A DNA stretch of 64,000 nucleotides from Nitrososphaera sp. (GCA_039793485.1 JBAMLO010000049.1:4157-68156); one strand, 5' to 3'. Positions 1 to 10,026 are shown, numbered from the stretch's first letter. The notes: a model not told the origin generated them from the letters alone. Numbers and translations are program-made.

Positions 1-432
1 TGTGGCATGGGGGGAGTTCTCCTCGAAGCTGAACTAATAGGAGCGAGAGCAATTGGAGTTGACTTTAAAGAAAAAATGCTACGTGGAGCGAAAGAAAACC
101 TTACCTTTTATGGTGCTATGAACTATGATTTGATAAAAGGCGATGCAAGATTTCTTCCCGTAGCAAAGTCAGACAAAGTAGCAACTGATCCCCCATATGG
201 AAGACTATCTCCAAAACTTAAAAAAGAACCCATAGTTAATCTTTACACAAAGTTTATAGCTAACCTTTCCAACATCATTGCAACCGGTGGACACTTTGCC
301 ATGGTTTACCCAAAAGGTTTAGAGGTAAAAACGTTACTAAATGAGAACGGTTTCCAAGTAATTTCTGAAGATGATGTTATAGCTCATCAAAAGCTAACGA
401 GAGTTTTTTTAGCTTCACGTAAGGTGGGCTAA
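1..432 (+). CDS. RNA/DNA methyltransferase, C-terminal part (5'-truncated by window edge); DPPYG motif of m2G/N6-type MTases (Trm11/RlmL-like)
   Basis: The frame is open from position 1. The translation contains the ...DPPYG... SAM-dependent amino-methyltransferase motif IV. It lies directly upstream of RNase Z in a tRNA-processing cluster. Confidence 0.5.
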   Translation, partial: CGMGGVLLEAELIGARAIGVDFKEKMLRGAKENLTFYGAMNYDLIKGDARFLPVAKSDKVATDPPYGRLSPKLKKEPIVNLYTKFIANLSNIIATGGHFAMVYPKGLEVKTLLNENGFQVISEDDVIAHQKLTRVFLASRKVG

Positions 433-434
433 CT

Positions 435-1352
435 TTGAGGGGTAAACTCGTTTTTCTCGGAACCTCTGCAGGAGTTCCAACAGAGTCTAGAAGCTTGCCT
501 TCTTTAGCGTTAGTGTGGAATGGTGAAATTATCCTATTTGATGTAGGCGAGGGTACTCAACACAGAATGATAAAGGCGCAGTTAAGCCCAGTAAAGGTTA
601 CTAAGATCTTCATTACGCATATGCATGGCGACCACGTTCTTGGCTTACCTGGCTTAATAATGACGATGTCTTTAATGAAGAGAACACAGCCTCTAGAGGT
701 GTTCGGGCCCCCTGGAATTAAGACCTTTTTAAATTGCTTACTTCCAACAATTCATGAAGATGAAGAAAGCACAAAGTTTAGCATAATCGTAAATGAAATT
801 ACTCAAGATGGTCTTGTAGTTTCAGAGAAAGATTACGAAGTTTATTCGATTAAGGTTAAGCATAGCATAGAAAATAGAGCGTATAAATTCGTAGAGAAGG
901 ATAGACCTGGGAAGTTTAACGAAGAGGTAGCAAACAAGCTTGGCATTCCTGAAGGTCCATTGAGGAAAGAACTGATTGAAGGGAAAAGTATAACTCTAAA
1001 TGGAAAAGTTATAACTCCAGAAATGGTAGTTGGTCCTCCTCGACCTGGTTTTAAGCTTGTATATACTGGCGACACCGCTTATTCTGAAAACTTAGTTGAG
1101 TTTTCAAAAGACGTTGACATACTCGTGCATGAATCTACTTTTGATTCAAGCAAAGAAGATGCCGCAAAAAAAGTTTTTCACTCTTTGGCTTCTGATGCCG
1201 CTGTTGTTGCTGCGTTAAGTAGAGCTAAAAAACTTGTTTTAACCCATTTTAGTGCCAGATACAAAGACCCCAGCATATTGGTGGAAGATGCAAGGAGAGT
1301 TTTCAAAAATGTGGTTGCGGCAGAAGATTTAATGGAGATTATAATAGATTAG
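435..1352 (+). CDS. rnz: Ribonuclease Z (tRNA 3' endonuclease, metallo-beta-lactamase fold)
   Basis: HxHxDH motif (ITHMHGDHVLG). Length of about 305 aa is typical of short-form RNase Z. TTG start. Confidence 0.8.
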   Translation: MRGKLVFLGTSAGVPTESRSLPSLALVWNGEIILFDVGEGTQHRMIKAQLSPVKVTKIFITHMHGDHVLGLPGLIMTMSLMKRTQPLEVFGPPGIKTFLNCLLPTIHEDEESTKFSIIVNEITQDGLVVSEKDYEVYSIKVKHSIENRAYKFVEKDRPGKFNEEVANKLGIPEGPLRKELIEGKSITLNGKVITPEMVVGPPRPGFKLVYTGDTAYSENLVEFSKDVDILVHESTFDSSKEDAAKKVFHSLASDAAVVAALSRAKKLVLTHFSARYKDPSILVEDARRVFKNVVAAEDLMEIIID

Positions 1353-1424
1353 CTTGAAAAATAACGCTGTCCATTGTGTTTTTAGAATAAGTGCTCTTTT
1401 CCTCTATTTTGTTAATTAAGTATT

Positions 1425-1997
1425 TCAGCTACTATTTCTTAGTAGTCTAAGTTTTTCCATTATTTTTCTTACATTGTGTCTAAGTTCTTGTAAGTCTCCT
1501 TCGTTTTCTATCTTTATTCCCTCACTGTCGTTTATTACCTCTCTTAAGCCAATATTTAACTCAACTTCGTCTCTTGTTTTTAGTTCTTCCAAAGTTTTAG
1601 GGTCATCTGCTCTACGTCTTCTTGAAAGTCTTTTTAGTCTTGTTTCTATACTAGCAACAACGATCAACAGTAAAATTTTCTTGAAGGCTTTTCTAAAGAC
1701 CTCAAGCTCTTCTTTGCTCCTAAGTCCGTCTACTATAACAAAATTTTTGTTTAGTTCTTCAATCTTATTTATTGCTAGTTCCGCTACGATTCCAGGACCA
1801 TGCTCCTTTCTAAGCTCTACGATAAACTGCTGCATTGATTTTGCATCCTCTTTTATGCCTCTTTTCTTTGCTTCTTCCCTAACGCAATCTCCCATAGAAA
1901 CTACTGGAAAACTATATTCTTCCATTATGAGCTTTGATACTGTGGATTTTCCTGCGCCAGGAAGGCCTGTTACTACTATGAGTGTTTTATTTTTCAT
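1425..1997 (-). CDS. P-loop nucleotide/nucleoside-monophosphate kinase-like protein (archaeal UPF0200-like)
   Basis: N-terminal Walker A GLPGAGKST. Size of about 190 aa and adenylate-kinase-like layout. Confidence 0.5.
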   Translation of the reverse strand: MKNKTLIVVTGLPGAGKSTVSKLIMEEYSFPVVSMGDCVREEAKKRGIKEDAKSMQQFIVELRKEHGPGIVAELAINKIEELNKNFVIVDGLRSKEELEVFRKAFKKILLLIVVASIETRLKRLSRRRRADDPKTLEELKTRDEVELNIGLREVINDSEGIKIENEGDLQELRHNVRKIMEKLRLLRNSS

Positions 1998-2069
1998 TCT
2001 TGCTTTCTAAAGCGCCTAATGCAAAGAAAACAATTTAAATGTTGACTTTTCAGTTTTAGGAGGCTAGAA

Positions 2070-2621
2070 TTGCGAGCTTTTGTATCGATGGACCTTGAAG
2101 ACAAGAACGTTATTAGAAAAATAAAAGGGGTGCAAGAAGAAATAGTTTCAACAGGTTGCGACGTTAAACTAGTTGAAGAGTACAACTTCCATTTTAGCTT
2201 AGCTTTCTTGGGAGAAATCAGCGAGGTTCAAAGAGACGAAATATGTAAATTTTTAGGCACATTTGATAAGACAAGTACAAAAATTAAGCTAAGTGGAGTT
2301 GGCTCTTTTCCTTCGAGCAGCAATCCCCGAGTCGTATGGATTGGCGTTTCTGATGGCGCTGAGTTGCTTAGAGAAAGTGCAAAAAGAATTTGGCCTTTTT
2401 TAGAAAAAATTGGAATTAAAATAGATAAGAGGTTTGAGCCTCATTTAACGATAGCAAGGGTAAGGTCTCCAAGAAATAAGGATAAGTTGGTCGCGAAATT
2501 AGCTGAATTAGCTAGTGTCGAGTTTGGTGAAGTGTTCGTTTCTCCAATAAGGCTAAAGAAAAGTACTCTAACTTATAGTGGCCCAATCTATGAGACGTTG
2601 TGTGAGGCAGGACCAAAATGA
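2070..2621 (+). CDS. thpR: RNA 2',3'-cyclic phosphodiesterase (2'-5' RNA ligase family, ThpR/LigT)
   Basis: Two H-x-T/S-x motifs (HFSLAF and HLTIARV) at the spacing typical of the 2H phosphoesterase family. Confidence 0.75.
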   Translation: MRAFVSMDLEDKNVIRKIKGVQEEIVSTGCDVKLVEEYNFHFSLAFLGEISEVQRDEICKFLGTFDKTSTKIKLSGVGSFPSSSNPRVVWIGVSDGAELLRESAKRIWPFLEKIGIKIDKRFEPHLTIARVRSPRNKDKLVAKLAELASVEFGEVFVSPIRLKKSTLTYSGPIYETLCEAGPK

Positions 2622-4045
2622 GCGACGCTCTTTCTTCTGTAGTAGATCAAGCCTTAAGAATAATAAAGCCTGATGAAAACTTAAGGAAAAAAGTTAATCA
2701 AACTGTAGAGACTGTAATCAAAGACTTAAAGGAAGTTTTTTTAAAAATAGACCAAAGGATTGAAGTTGAGCTTGAAGGCTCAATAGCAAAAGATACATGG
2801 ACTTCAAAAGATATAGATGCAGATATTTTTGTTTTATTTCCAAAAGACTATAGCAAAAATGAAATTGGCAAGATCACAATCAATTCGGTAGTCTCAAAAT
2901 ATGGAAAAGAAAAATGCCTACTGAGGTACGCTGAGCACCCATATGTAACGATAAATTTTGAATTCATGGACGTAGATGTTGTCCCTTGCTATAAGGTTGA
3001 GCCTCCAAATTGGCTTTCTGCAACTGATAGATCTGTCTACCATACAAGGTTTATAAGAAGTAAGTTCGATGATAAGCTTAAAGATAGTTCAAGGTTGTTG
3101 AAAGTTTTTCTCAAGAGTATAGGTGCCTATGGTGCTGAAATAAAAATTGGCGGGTTTAGTGGTTTTTTGTGCGAGCTCCTAGTTTACAATTATGGTGGAT
3201 TTCTAGAAACGATCAAAGCTTTTTCTGAGGTAAAACTTCCACTAATCATTGACCCAACGAGAAAAAGCGCTCAATTAAACAAAAAAACTCTAATAGAAAC
3301 CTTTGGTTCTGATTTTATCGTCATCGACCCTGTAGACCCTGAGAGAAACGTAGCTGCTGCAGTAACGAAGGAAAATTTCTGGAAGTTTTCTTGGGCGTGC
3401 AGGTCTTTTTTAAAGCGGCCTTCTTTAAGTTACTTTAGACTAGAAGGTTTTTTGGAGCCTTCTTCCTTGGAAGAAATTACTAACGCAGTCTCTTCTGGAG
3501 ACTTGAAGATTTATGGCATTTTAGTGAAACCTTGGAAAGCTCCCCCTGATGTTCTTTGGGGGCAGATTAAACGTATATTAAAGCGGATTGAATCAGAAGC
3601 AAAACAAAACGACTTCAATGTCGTAAAAAGTGAGGCTTGGAGCGATGAAGTTGAAGAGCTTTTATTTCTTTTTGTTTTAGAAAACGATAAAATAGAAGCT
3701 AAAGAGCAACTTGGCCCAAAAACGTTCGACTATGAGAACGCAGAAAAGTTCATCAAAAAGCACCTTAACGATAAGAATACGCTCTTTGGTCCTTTTATAA
3801 AAGACGAGAGATGGTATGTGTTGAAGAAGAGAACTTTAACTACCTTCTCAGACATGCTAGAGTTCATAGTTTCAAGCGATAAGTTTTTAAGTAGTTTACC
3901 TCAGGAAGCAGTAAGTTCATTTAAATCTTTTAAAGTGCTAAAGAGCACCGACTTAATAAAGTACGTCACTTCTTCAAAAGATAAAAAGAAAGCGCTTGTA
4001 AGACTTCTTTCTGGGAAAGAATGGTGGATAAAAAACATAGTCTAA
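2618..4045 (+). CDS. cca: CCA-adding enzyme (archaeal class I tRNA nucleotidyltransferase)
   Basis: Pol-beta nucleotidyltransferase signature GSIAKDTWTSKDIDADIF. At about 475 aa the length matches archaeal CCA enzymes. It overlaps the thpR stop by 4 nt, which indicates an operon. Confidence 0.85.
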   Translation: MSDALSSVVDQALRIIKPDENLRKKVNQTVETVIKDLKEVFLKIDQRIEVELEGSIAKDTWTSKDIDADIFVLFPKDYSKNEIGKITINSVVSKYGKEKCLLRYAEHPYVTINFEFMDVDVVPCYKVEPPNWLSATDRSVYHTRFIRSKFDDKLKDSSRLLKVFLKSIGAYGAEIKIGGFSGFLCELLVYNYGGFLETIKAFSEVKLPLIIDPTRKSAQLNKKTLIETFGSDFIVIDPVDPERNVAAAVTKENFWKFSWACRSFLKRPSLSYFRLEGFLEPSSLEEITNAVSSGDLKIYGILVKPWKAPPDVLWGQIKRILKRIESEAKQNDFNVVKSEAWSDEVEELLFLFVLENDKIEAKEQLGPKTFDYENAEKFIKKHLNDKNTLFGPFIKDERWYVLKKRTLTTFSDMLEFIVSSDKFLSSLPQEAVSSFKSFKVLKSTDLIKYVTSSKDKKKALVRLLSGKEWWIKNIV

Positions 4046-4109
4046 GAGGTTTTTATTTTTAAGTAAGCTTTCTTTACAAAACCAAGTTTTAAAAAGTTTT
4101 AGCTTCTTT

Positions 4110-4643
4110 TTACGCTACAGATTCAAGGAGCTCTCTGCTTTTTTTATCCATCTTGTACAAATCTTCTGCTACATAGACGTTGTCGTTCGTGTCAACTATT
4201 ACAATCTTGTCCCCTGCTCTGCTTATACTTCTTCTTCCCCTCGTTCTAAACTCCCTCTGGCCTCTATCCGTTTCTACAGTCCACACAAACTCGTCTCCAC
4301 TTGTTTCTAACTTTTTCACCTTTTTTATTTTTGGCATAAAGTAAAGTTTATCTAGAAGCTCCTCCAAATTTTTCCTGGATTCTTCATCAATTTTTCTGTA
4401 GTCTTCTACCATGAGTATTTCGTTTCCACTAGTGTCAACAAATATTAAGAAATAAGGATAACTTATTGGAAACGGTTTCTTTGGTATTACTTCAAAAGTC
4501 TCTCCATTTTTGTTTACCAGCCTAACGGTGTTTGCTTTCTCGCCTTTAAGAATTTTTACGCCCTCTATTTCAGTAATCCATGTTTTCTTTAAGAAGTCCT
4601 CAAGCGGCGGCAACCTGTTTTTCACCTTCTGCAAACTGAGCAT
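4110..4643 (-). CDS. Hypothetical protein co-transcribed with the ABC exporter (possibly a DUF1854-type ABC-associated protein)
   Basis: Overlaps the 3' end of the upstream ABC gene by 44 nt on the same strand. No recognisable catalytic motif. Confidence 0.4.
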   Translation of the reverse strand: MLSLQKVKNRLPPLEDFLKKTWITEIEGVKILKGEKANTVRLVNKNGETFEVIPKKPFPISYPYFLIFVDTSGNEILMVEDYRKIDEESRKNLEELLDKLYFMPKIKKVKKLETSGDEFVWTVETDRGQREFRTRGRRSISRAGDKIVIVDTNDNVYVAEDLYKMDKKSRELLESVA

Positions 4644-6804
4644 TGTATATTCTTGCGTATAGCCCGTTTTTCTTTAGTAGTTCTTCGTGAGTTCCTTCTT
4701 CTACAATTCTGCCTTTTTCCATCACTATTATTTTATCAGATCGTCTAAGCGTAGAAAGGCGATGCGCAATTACTATCGTTGTCCTTTCTTTTGAAATGTT
4801 GTCTAAAGCTTCCTGAATTTGTCTTTCGGCTAAAGAATCTACAGAAGAGGTTGCTTCGTCCATTATGAGAATCTTTGGTTCAAGAATTATTGCTCTTGCT
4901 ATAGCTACCCTTTGTCTTTCTCCTCCAGAAAGTCTAGAACCTCTTTCCCCAACAGGTGAATCGTATGCCAATTGAAGGTTCATAATTGCTTCATGTATGT
5001 TTGCTGCTTTTGCAGCTGCTATCACCTTCTTTGGATCTACTTTCTCAAGACCATAAGTTATATTGAATAGTATCGAGTTGTCAAAGAGGAATGGATCTTG
5101 CGCAACTATTCCTATGCTTTTTCTCAGCCTTTCTATTTTGATTTTTCTAATGTCGACTCCATCTATCAAAATTCTACCTTCGTTTACATCGTAAAACCTC
5201 AGCAACAGTTTCGTTATTGTAGTTTTTCCAGATCCGCTTTGCCCAACTATCCCTATCATCTGGCCTGCCTTTATCTCGAAACTTATGTCCTTTAAGACTG
5301 GGATAAATGGCTCGTAGCCAAAGGTAACATGTTCAAACTTTATGTCTCCTTTTATCTCAAAGTCTCTAGCGTCAGGCGCATCCTTGATTGCAGGGTCTAC
5401 TCTAAGAATTTCCAGTACTCTTTCTCCAGAAGTTATTGCTTGCTGGAGTGGCTCTGCTAAGTTTGTCACAGTTTGGATTGGTCCGTAGAACATCCACATG
5501 TAGCTAACGAACGCGACAAGCGTACCTGGAGATATATCTCCTTTTATCACGTGCAAGCCCCCAACATACCACACTATGGCGGCGCCTGCGGAGCTAACGA
5601 ATCCAAGTAGTGGAAAGAAACCTAGATGAAGTTTCGTTGTATCCATGTTTGCATTTACAACATCGTTCATCTTTTCAACTAGTCTATTGACCTCTTCTTT
5701 TTCTTTTGCAAAGGACTTTACAATGGATATCCCTGGTATTGTGTCTACAAGTAAGGAGCTTAAGTCTGCCCACTTTCTCCAAGCCTTATGGTAAACAATT
5801 CTTGCTCTCGACCTAAACCTTGGCAACCCAACTATTATAAGTGGAAAGGGTAAAAGTGCAAAGAAAGATAGTCTGTAGTCCATGGTGAATATTATCATTC
5901 CTATTCCAATTATCGAGAGGATGTTTATAACTAAGCTTGGTATGCCCCAAACCAAAAACCACTGAACTCTGCCAATGTCATCTGTTATTCTTGATATTAC
6001 TCGTCCTGTGCTCATTTTATCGTAAAAAGACATTGAGAGTTCTTGTACGTGCGCATAAAGATCTTTTCTCATACTATAGACTAATTTTTGGCTCAGTAAG
6101 GAAAGCGAATAATTCTGAATTATTCCAAGTATTGTGTTCGTGGCATATATTGATATCAAAAGAAATGTTAGGTATCGTAGCTCACTTTCTTGCTTGTTTA
6201 CCACAACTTGGTCGATAAGCGTTTTCAACAACGATGGAGGCGCTAAGTTAAGACCGGTGATTGCGATGGACAAAATTAATCCTACCAATGCTAAGTACCA
6301 ATGAGGTCTTAAGTATGACAGTAGCCAAAACATGGCGCTCATTTTGCCTTTCTTATTGGTTTCTAAGGGAAATTCAAATTCTATTTCTTTTTGTTCTTTG
6401 TATTGGAGTAGAGCAGATATTACCCCAGCTGTATGCCTAAATTCCTCTATTTTTTCTCTTGAGAATCTTGCTATTGGTATTTCTTTTCCATCAACAACCA
6501 GTATGAGTTCGCTGTTTCCAAGGTAATCGTTGAAATTAACTTGTGTTATTCTTTGTATATCTATTTCTTTCTGGATTTTCCCATCTGTACCAAGTTTTAC
6601 TACTCTCTTACCTGTTACTATGAGTAAGTACTCAGAGTAATTACCTTCCTCATTTAGATTTCCCTTTGCAACCGATAGTATGGTTTCTTCTGGTTCTATT
6701 ATCTTTTCTACTAGATTCCTTTCCCTTTCTTCGAGCTTTTCCATAAGTATTTCTAGACTTTCTTTAGAGCGCATTACTTTCAAGTAGCGCCTCTTTACGA
6801 ACAT
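4600..6804 (-). CDS. ABC transporter, fused permease and ATPase (MsbA-type exporter) with an N-terminal cytoplasmic PH/GRAM-like domain of about 150 aa
   Basis: Six-TM domain followed by Walker A GQSGSGKT, ABC signature LSGGERQR and Walker B ILIMDEATS. The N-terminal 150 aa contain the YLLIVTGKRVVKL pattern typical of bacterial PH-like domains. Confidence 0.85.
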   Translation of the reverse strand: MFVKRRYLKVMRSKESLEILMEKLEERERNLVEKIIEPEETILSVAKGNLNEEGNYSEYLLIVTGKRVVKLGTDGKIQKEIDIQRITQVNFNDYLGNSELILVVDGKEIPIARFSREKIEEFRHTAGVISALLQYKEQKEIEFEFPLETNKKGKMSAMFWLLSYLRPHWYLALVGLILSIAITGLNLAPPSLLKTLIDQVVVNKQESELRYLTFLLISIYATNTILGIIQNYSLSLLSQKLVYSMRKDLYAHVQELSMSFYDKMSTGRVISRITDDIGRVQWFLVWGIPSLVINILSIIGIGMIIFTMDYRLSFFALLPFPLIIVGLPRFRSRARIVYHKAWRKWADLSSLLVDTIPGISIVKSFAKEKEEVNRLVEKMNDVVNANMDTTKLHLGFFPLLGFVSSAGAAIVWYVGGLHVIKGDISPGTLVAFVSYMWMFYGPIQTVTNLAEPLQQAITSGERVLEILRVDPAIKDAPDARDFEIKGDIKFEHVTFGYEPFIPVLKDISFEIKAGQMIGIVGQSGSGKTTITKLLLRFYDVNEGRILIDGVDIRKIKIERLRKSIGIVAQDPFLFDNSILFNITYGLEKVDPKKVIAAAKAANIHEAIMNLQLAYDSPVGERGSRLSGGERQRVAIARAIILEPKILIMDEATSSVDSLAERQIQEALDNISKERTTIVIAHRLSTLRRSDKIIVMEKGRIVEEGTHEELLKKNGLYARIYNAQFAEGEKQVAAA

Positions 6805-6890
6805 TTCCTTATTTAAGTTTTTTAGTTTATCGCGTAAATCTCTTATTCAGAAATCTTTTTATCTTGGCTTTTTACTAAAGATAACTGCTC

Positions 6891-8009
6891 TTGTCAGTGT
6901 CCGGAACCTTTGACTTAAGGCTACATGGGGGAAAAGCTCCACCTTGGCTAGTAAGTAGGATGCTCAAGCTAGCTGATGGCATATTTCAGGTAATTTATTC
7001 AGAGTTTGGCGAGGTGGAAATCTTAAGGAGGCTTTCTGATCCAATTTGGTTTCAAGCAATTTCCAACGTTCTTGGCTATGATTGGGATAGTAGCGGCTCA
7101 ACAACAGTTACGTCTGCTGTTCTAAAACATGTTTTCAATAAAAATAATCTTGACATAAAGGCCGCTGGTGGAAAGGGTAAAAGATCGAGATCAACTTTAG
7201 ATGAAATAGATCGTCTATGTGAGAAAAGTTACGATGTTAATCCAGAAGAACTTAAGTATGCATCAAGGCTTGTAGCAAAAGTTGATAATTCTGCAATTCA
7301 AGCAGGGTATAGCATTTACCACCATGTATTTTTCTTTACAAAAAGTGGCAAATGGGCAGTAGTTCAGCAGGGGATGAACACTAACTTAAAATCTGCGAGA
7401 CGTTATCATTGGTTTAGTGATAACGTAAGAAGTTTTGTAGTAGAACCACACTCTGGAATAATAGGCGACAGAGTTGTTAAAAACGTTATGAACATGGTTG
7501 CGTATGAAAGCGAGGAAGCCAGAAAAATTTCAGTTGAAATAGCAAGTGAGCCTCCTAACAATTTAAGAAGATATCTTTCATTAATAGAGGACTCAAAACA
7601 AACAACTTTAACTTCGTTTATAGACCCATCATTCAAAAATATAAAGCGTTACAAAATTGTTTTAGAGAAGAACATAAATTGGGATGCCCTCAAGGAAGCA
7701 TATGAAACGAAACCCTCAAATTTTGAACAATTATTAGCAATCAAAGGAGTTGGCCCTGCTACAGTAAAAGCTCTTGCTCTAGTTTCTGAGATAATTTTTG
7801 ATGCAGAAGTAAGTAAAAGAGATCCAATAAGATATTCTTTCGCTTTTGGAGGAAAAGATGGAATTCCTTATCCCGTTGACAGAAAGAAAATGGATGAAGC
7901 AATAGATTTCTTAAGATTTGCTGTAGAACGAGCTAAAATAGGCGACAAAAGCAAAATAGTTGCTCTAAGGCGGCTTAGTAGCTTTATGAATAAAAGTTTT
8001 CCACAGTGA
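6891..8009 (+). CDS. DUF763-family protein with a C-terminal helix-hairpin-helix motif
   Basis: N-terminal LHGGKAPPWL and SSGSTT motifs, recalled from memory as DUF763 features. HhH motif LLAIKGVGPATVKALAL. TTG start. Confidence 0.45.
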   Translation: MSVSGTFDLRLHGGKAPPWLVSRMLKLADGIFQVIYSEFGEVEILRRLSDPIWFQAISNVLGYDWDSSGSTTVTSAVLKHVFNKNNLDIKAAGGKGKRSRSTLDEIDRLCEKSYDVNPEELKYASRLVAKVDNSAIQAGYSIYHHVFFFTKSGKWAVVQQGMNTNLKSARRYHWFSDNVRSFVVEPHSGIIGDRVVKNVMNMVAYESEEARKISVEIASEPPNNLRRYLSLIEDSKQTTLTSFIDPSFKNIKRYKIVLEKNINWDALKEAYETKPSNFEQLLAIKGVGPATVKALALVSEIIFDAEVSKRDPIRYSFAFGGKDGIPYPVDRKKMDEAIDFLRFAVERAKIGDKSKIVALRRLSSFMNKSFPQ

Positions 8010-8017
8010 TGAAGTAG

Positions 8018-9544
8018 TTGGTTCAAGAAAGGATTAGACCAAGATACGTCGGTCTCTTAAACTTTATTTCTAGAATTTTTGCTCTTTTTGTTGGCTTTGC
8101 TTTTCTTACGCTTGTTTCTAGAAAGCTTCCTGTTGAGATCTTTGGGGCATGGCAGTACTTTTCTTCAGTACTCACGTATTTTGTAATACCTGCTTCCGTG
8201 ATTAACTTCTGGGCAACGAGAGAAGCAGGAAGAGAAAAGGCAGTTGGTCGGACTACGTTGCAATTAAGCTTTTTTACTTCTTTGGCTTCTCTTTCTCTCT
8301 TTTTAGTCTTAGCCAATCTAAACCTTTTTGTAAGGACAGAAATTTCAAACTTAGTTATTTACGTTTTTGCTCTTTGGATTGTTGCATATTTCGTTACAAC
8401 GTCAGCTGAAGCTATAAACTATGGCTTAAACCCAACACTTAACGTAATTTCTTCTATTGTATTTGAAGCAACAAAGCTCTTCTTTGGAGTACTGTTAGTT
8501 GTTGTTTTCAAGTTAAGCTTACTTGGCGCTGTTCTTTCAATCATATTAGCTTTTTTCCTTGAGTTTATGTTTTTTGTAGTTATGAATCCAAAAATGTTGT
8601 CTGGCAATTTTGATCGAACTTTAATAAGAAAGTGGGTGAGCAACGCATGGTTGCCGTTGATTAGTGCGCTGCCTGGCTTTATAGCTTCATTAGACGTCAT
8701 ATTTCTAGGATACTTCTTAGGAAGTAGCTCAGTAATTCCAATAGCGTATTTTAAGGCTGCTCTAACTTTCGGAAGTATTGTTGGTTACGCTGGTGCAATA
8801 TCATTTGCAATTTATCCAAAAATACTAAGAGAAGGCATTGACAACTCAAAGTCTTATATTGAAGATATAATTTCCTTAACAAACATGTTTGGAATTCCAA
8901 TGATGTTTGGAGCCATAATCTTGTCGGAACCTCTTTTATGTATTCTAAGGGAAGAATACAGTATTGCAAGAAACGCTCTTATCTTACTTTCAGTGAGTAG
9001 CTTACTTGGGGCAAACAGAAGCATCTTTACTTCTGTTCTGTTAGGATCAGAAAGGGCTGATGAAAAAGTGAGCTCTTTTTCAAAAGACTTAGTTAATTCT
9101 CTCCTGTTTAAGCTTCCAATAATTGATTCTATTAATTCATTGCTTTACGTAGTAACTTTAGCTTTAGCTACGATTGCGCTTTCTGGTCTAAAAGTTGGAT
9201 ATGAACTTTTTGCTACTGCTTTAGCATTTAGCAACTTGCTTTGGAACTTAGTTTTTACCTTTTACTACTTCGTTAAAGTTAAATCGTTAGTAAAGTTAAG
9301 TCTTCCTAAAAATTCATTCATAAAGTACACAATTTCAAGCTTGATAATGTCTGTTGTTCTCGTTCTTATGTATCCAAAAAGTGCGGTAAGTGAAAAGCTG
9401 TTTTTAGTATTGTATGGCGTTCTTCCAGTAATCGTAATTGGCGCTGCTGTATATTTTCTAGTTTTACTTCTCATAGATAAGAACACTAGAGTTCTTGTAA
9501 GAAGAGTTATTCTTCTTCTCACCAGCTTAACTAATTCGAAGTAG
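8018..9544 (+). CDS. Polysaccharide biosynthesis flippase (MOP/Wzx-like multi-pass membrane protein)
   Basis: About 14 predicted hydrophobic helices. The architecture is that of an oligosaccharide flippase family protein. Confidence 0.55.
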   Translation: MVQERIRPRYVGLLNFISRIFALFVGFAFLTLVSRKLPVEIFGAWQYFSSVLTYFVIPASVINFWATREAGREKAVGRTTLQLSFFTSLASLSLFLVLANLNLFVRTEISNLVIYVFALWIVAYFVTTSAEAINYGLNPTLNVISSIVFEATKLFFGVLLVVVFKLSLLGAVLSIILAFFLEFMFFVVMNPKMLSGNFDRTLIRKWVSNAWLPLISALPGFIASLDVIFLGYFLGSSSVIPIAYFKAALTFGSIVGYAGAISFAIYPKILREGIDNSKSYIEDIISLTNMFGIPMMFGAIILSEPLLCILREEYSIARNALILLSVSSLLGANRSIFTSVLLGSERADEKVSSFSKDLVNSLLFKLPIIDSINSLLYVVTLALATIALSGLKVGYELFATALAFSNLLWNLVFTFYYFVKVKSLVKLSLPKNSFIKYTISSLIMSVVLVLMYPKSAVSEKLFLVLYGVLPVIVIGAAVYFLVLLLIDKNTRVLVRRVILLLTSLTNSK

Positions 9545-9546
9545 AA

Positions 9547-10026
9547 CTATACGTTCGGAAATTTATCTCTTACTGGTTTGTAAACTTCTTCAAAAAATTT
9601 TCTTTGGTCTAGCAATGTCTCTTTATCAAACTTCTTTAAATAATCTATAGCTACCTTCCATGCTTCTTCGAATGGCATAACGTCTGCAATTTTGTCTATT
9701 ACTTCTCTTTCAAAATCTGAGGGTTTTTGTTCTTGGGTTCCTATCTTAAACCACCCGCTTTTCGATAAGTATGCTCCCTCGTTTCCAAGGAAGAATATTT
9801 TTTCTTCACCAATTTCCTTTTTTTCTCCTGAAACTTCTCGCGTTGATTTTAATCCTGTTTTACTTGGTCTTGCCTTTAGCGCTCTCTTCGCCCAAGCATA
9901 AAATATTGCTCTGTTAAGACCAAACGATAAAGCTTTTTCAAAATCCTTCATCAAAAGGTAATAACGAGCTGCCTGCAATAGAGCCATAACCTGAAATCTA
10001 CCAATCTTTCTTTCAGCTTTTTTCAT
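9547..10026 (-). CDS. Hypothetical protein
   Basis: 159-aa ORF with good coding appearance. No motif recognised. Confidence 0.3.
   Translation of the reverse strand: MKKAERKIGRFQVMALLQAARYYLLMKDFEKALSFGLNRAIFYAWAKRALKARPSKTGLKSTREVSGEKKEIGEEKIFFLGNEGAYLSKSGWFKIGTQEQKPSDFEREVIDKIADVMPFEEAWKVAIDYLKKFDKETLLDQRKFFEEVYKPVRDKFPNV

Noticed and set aside
842-1075. 77-aa minus-strand ORF inside rnz.
   Set aside because: Antisense shadow ORF within a strongly supported gene.
1474-2010. 178-aa plus-strand ORF, S/L/F-rich, antisense to the UPF0200 kinase gene.
   Set aside because: Low-complexity composition. It is fully contained in a well-supported minus-strand gene, so it is a shadow ORF.
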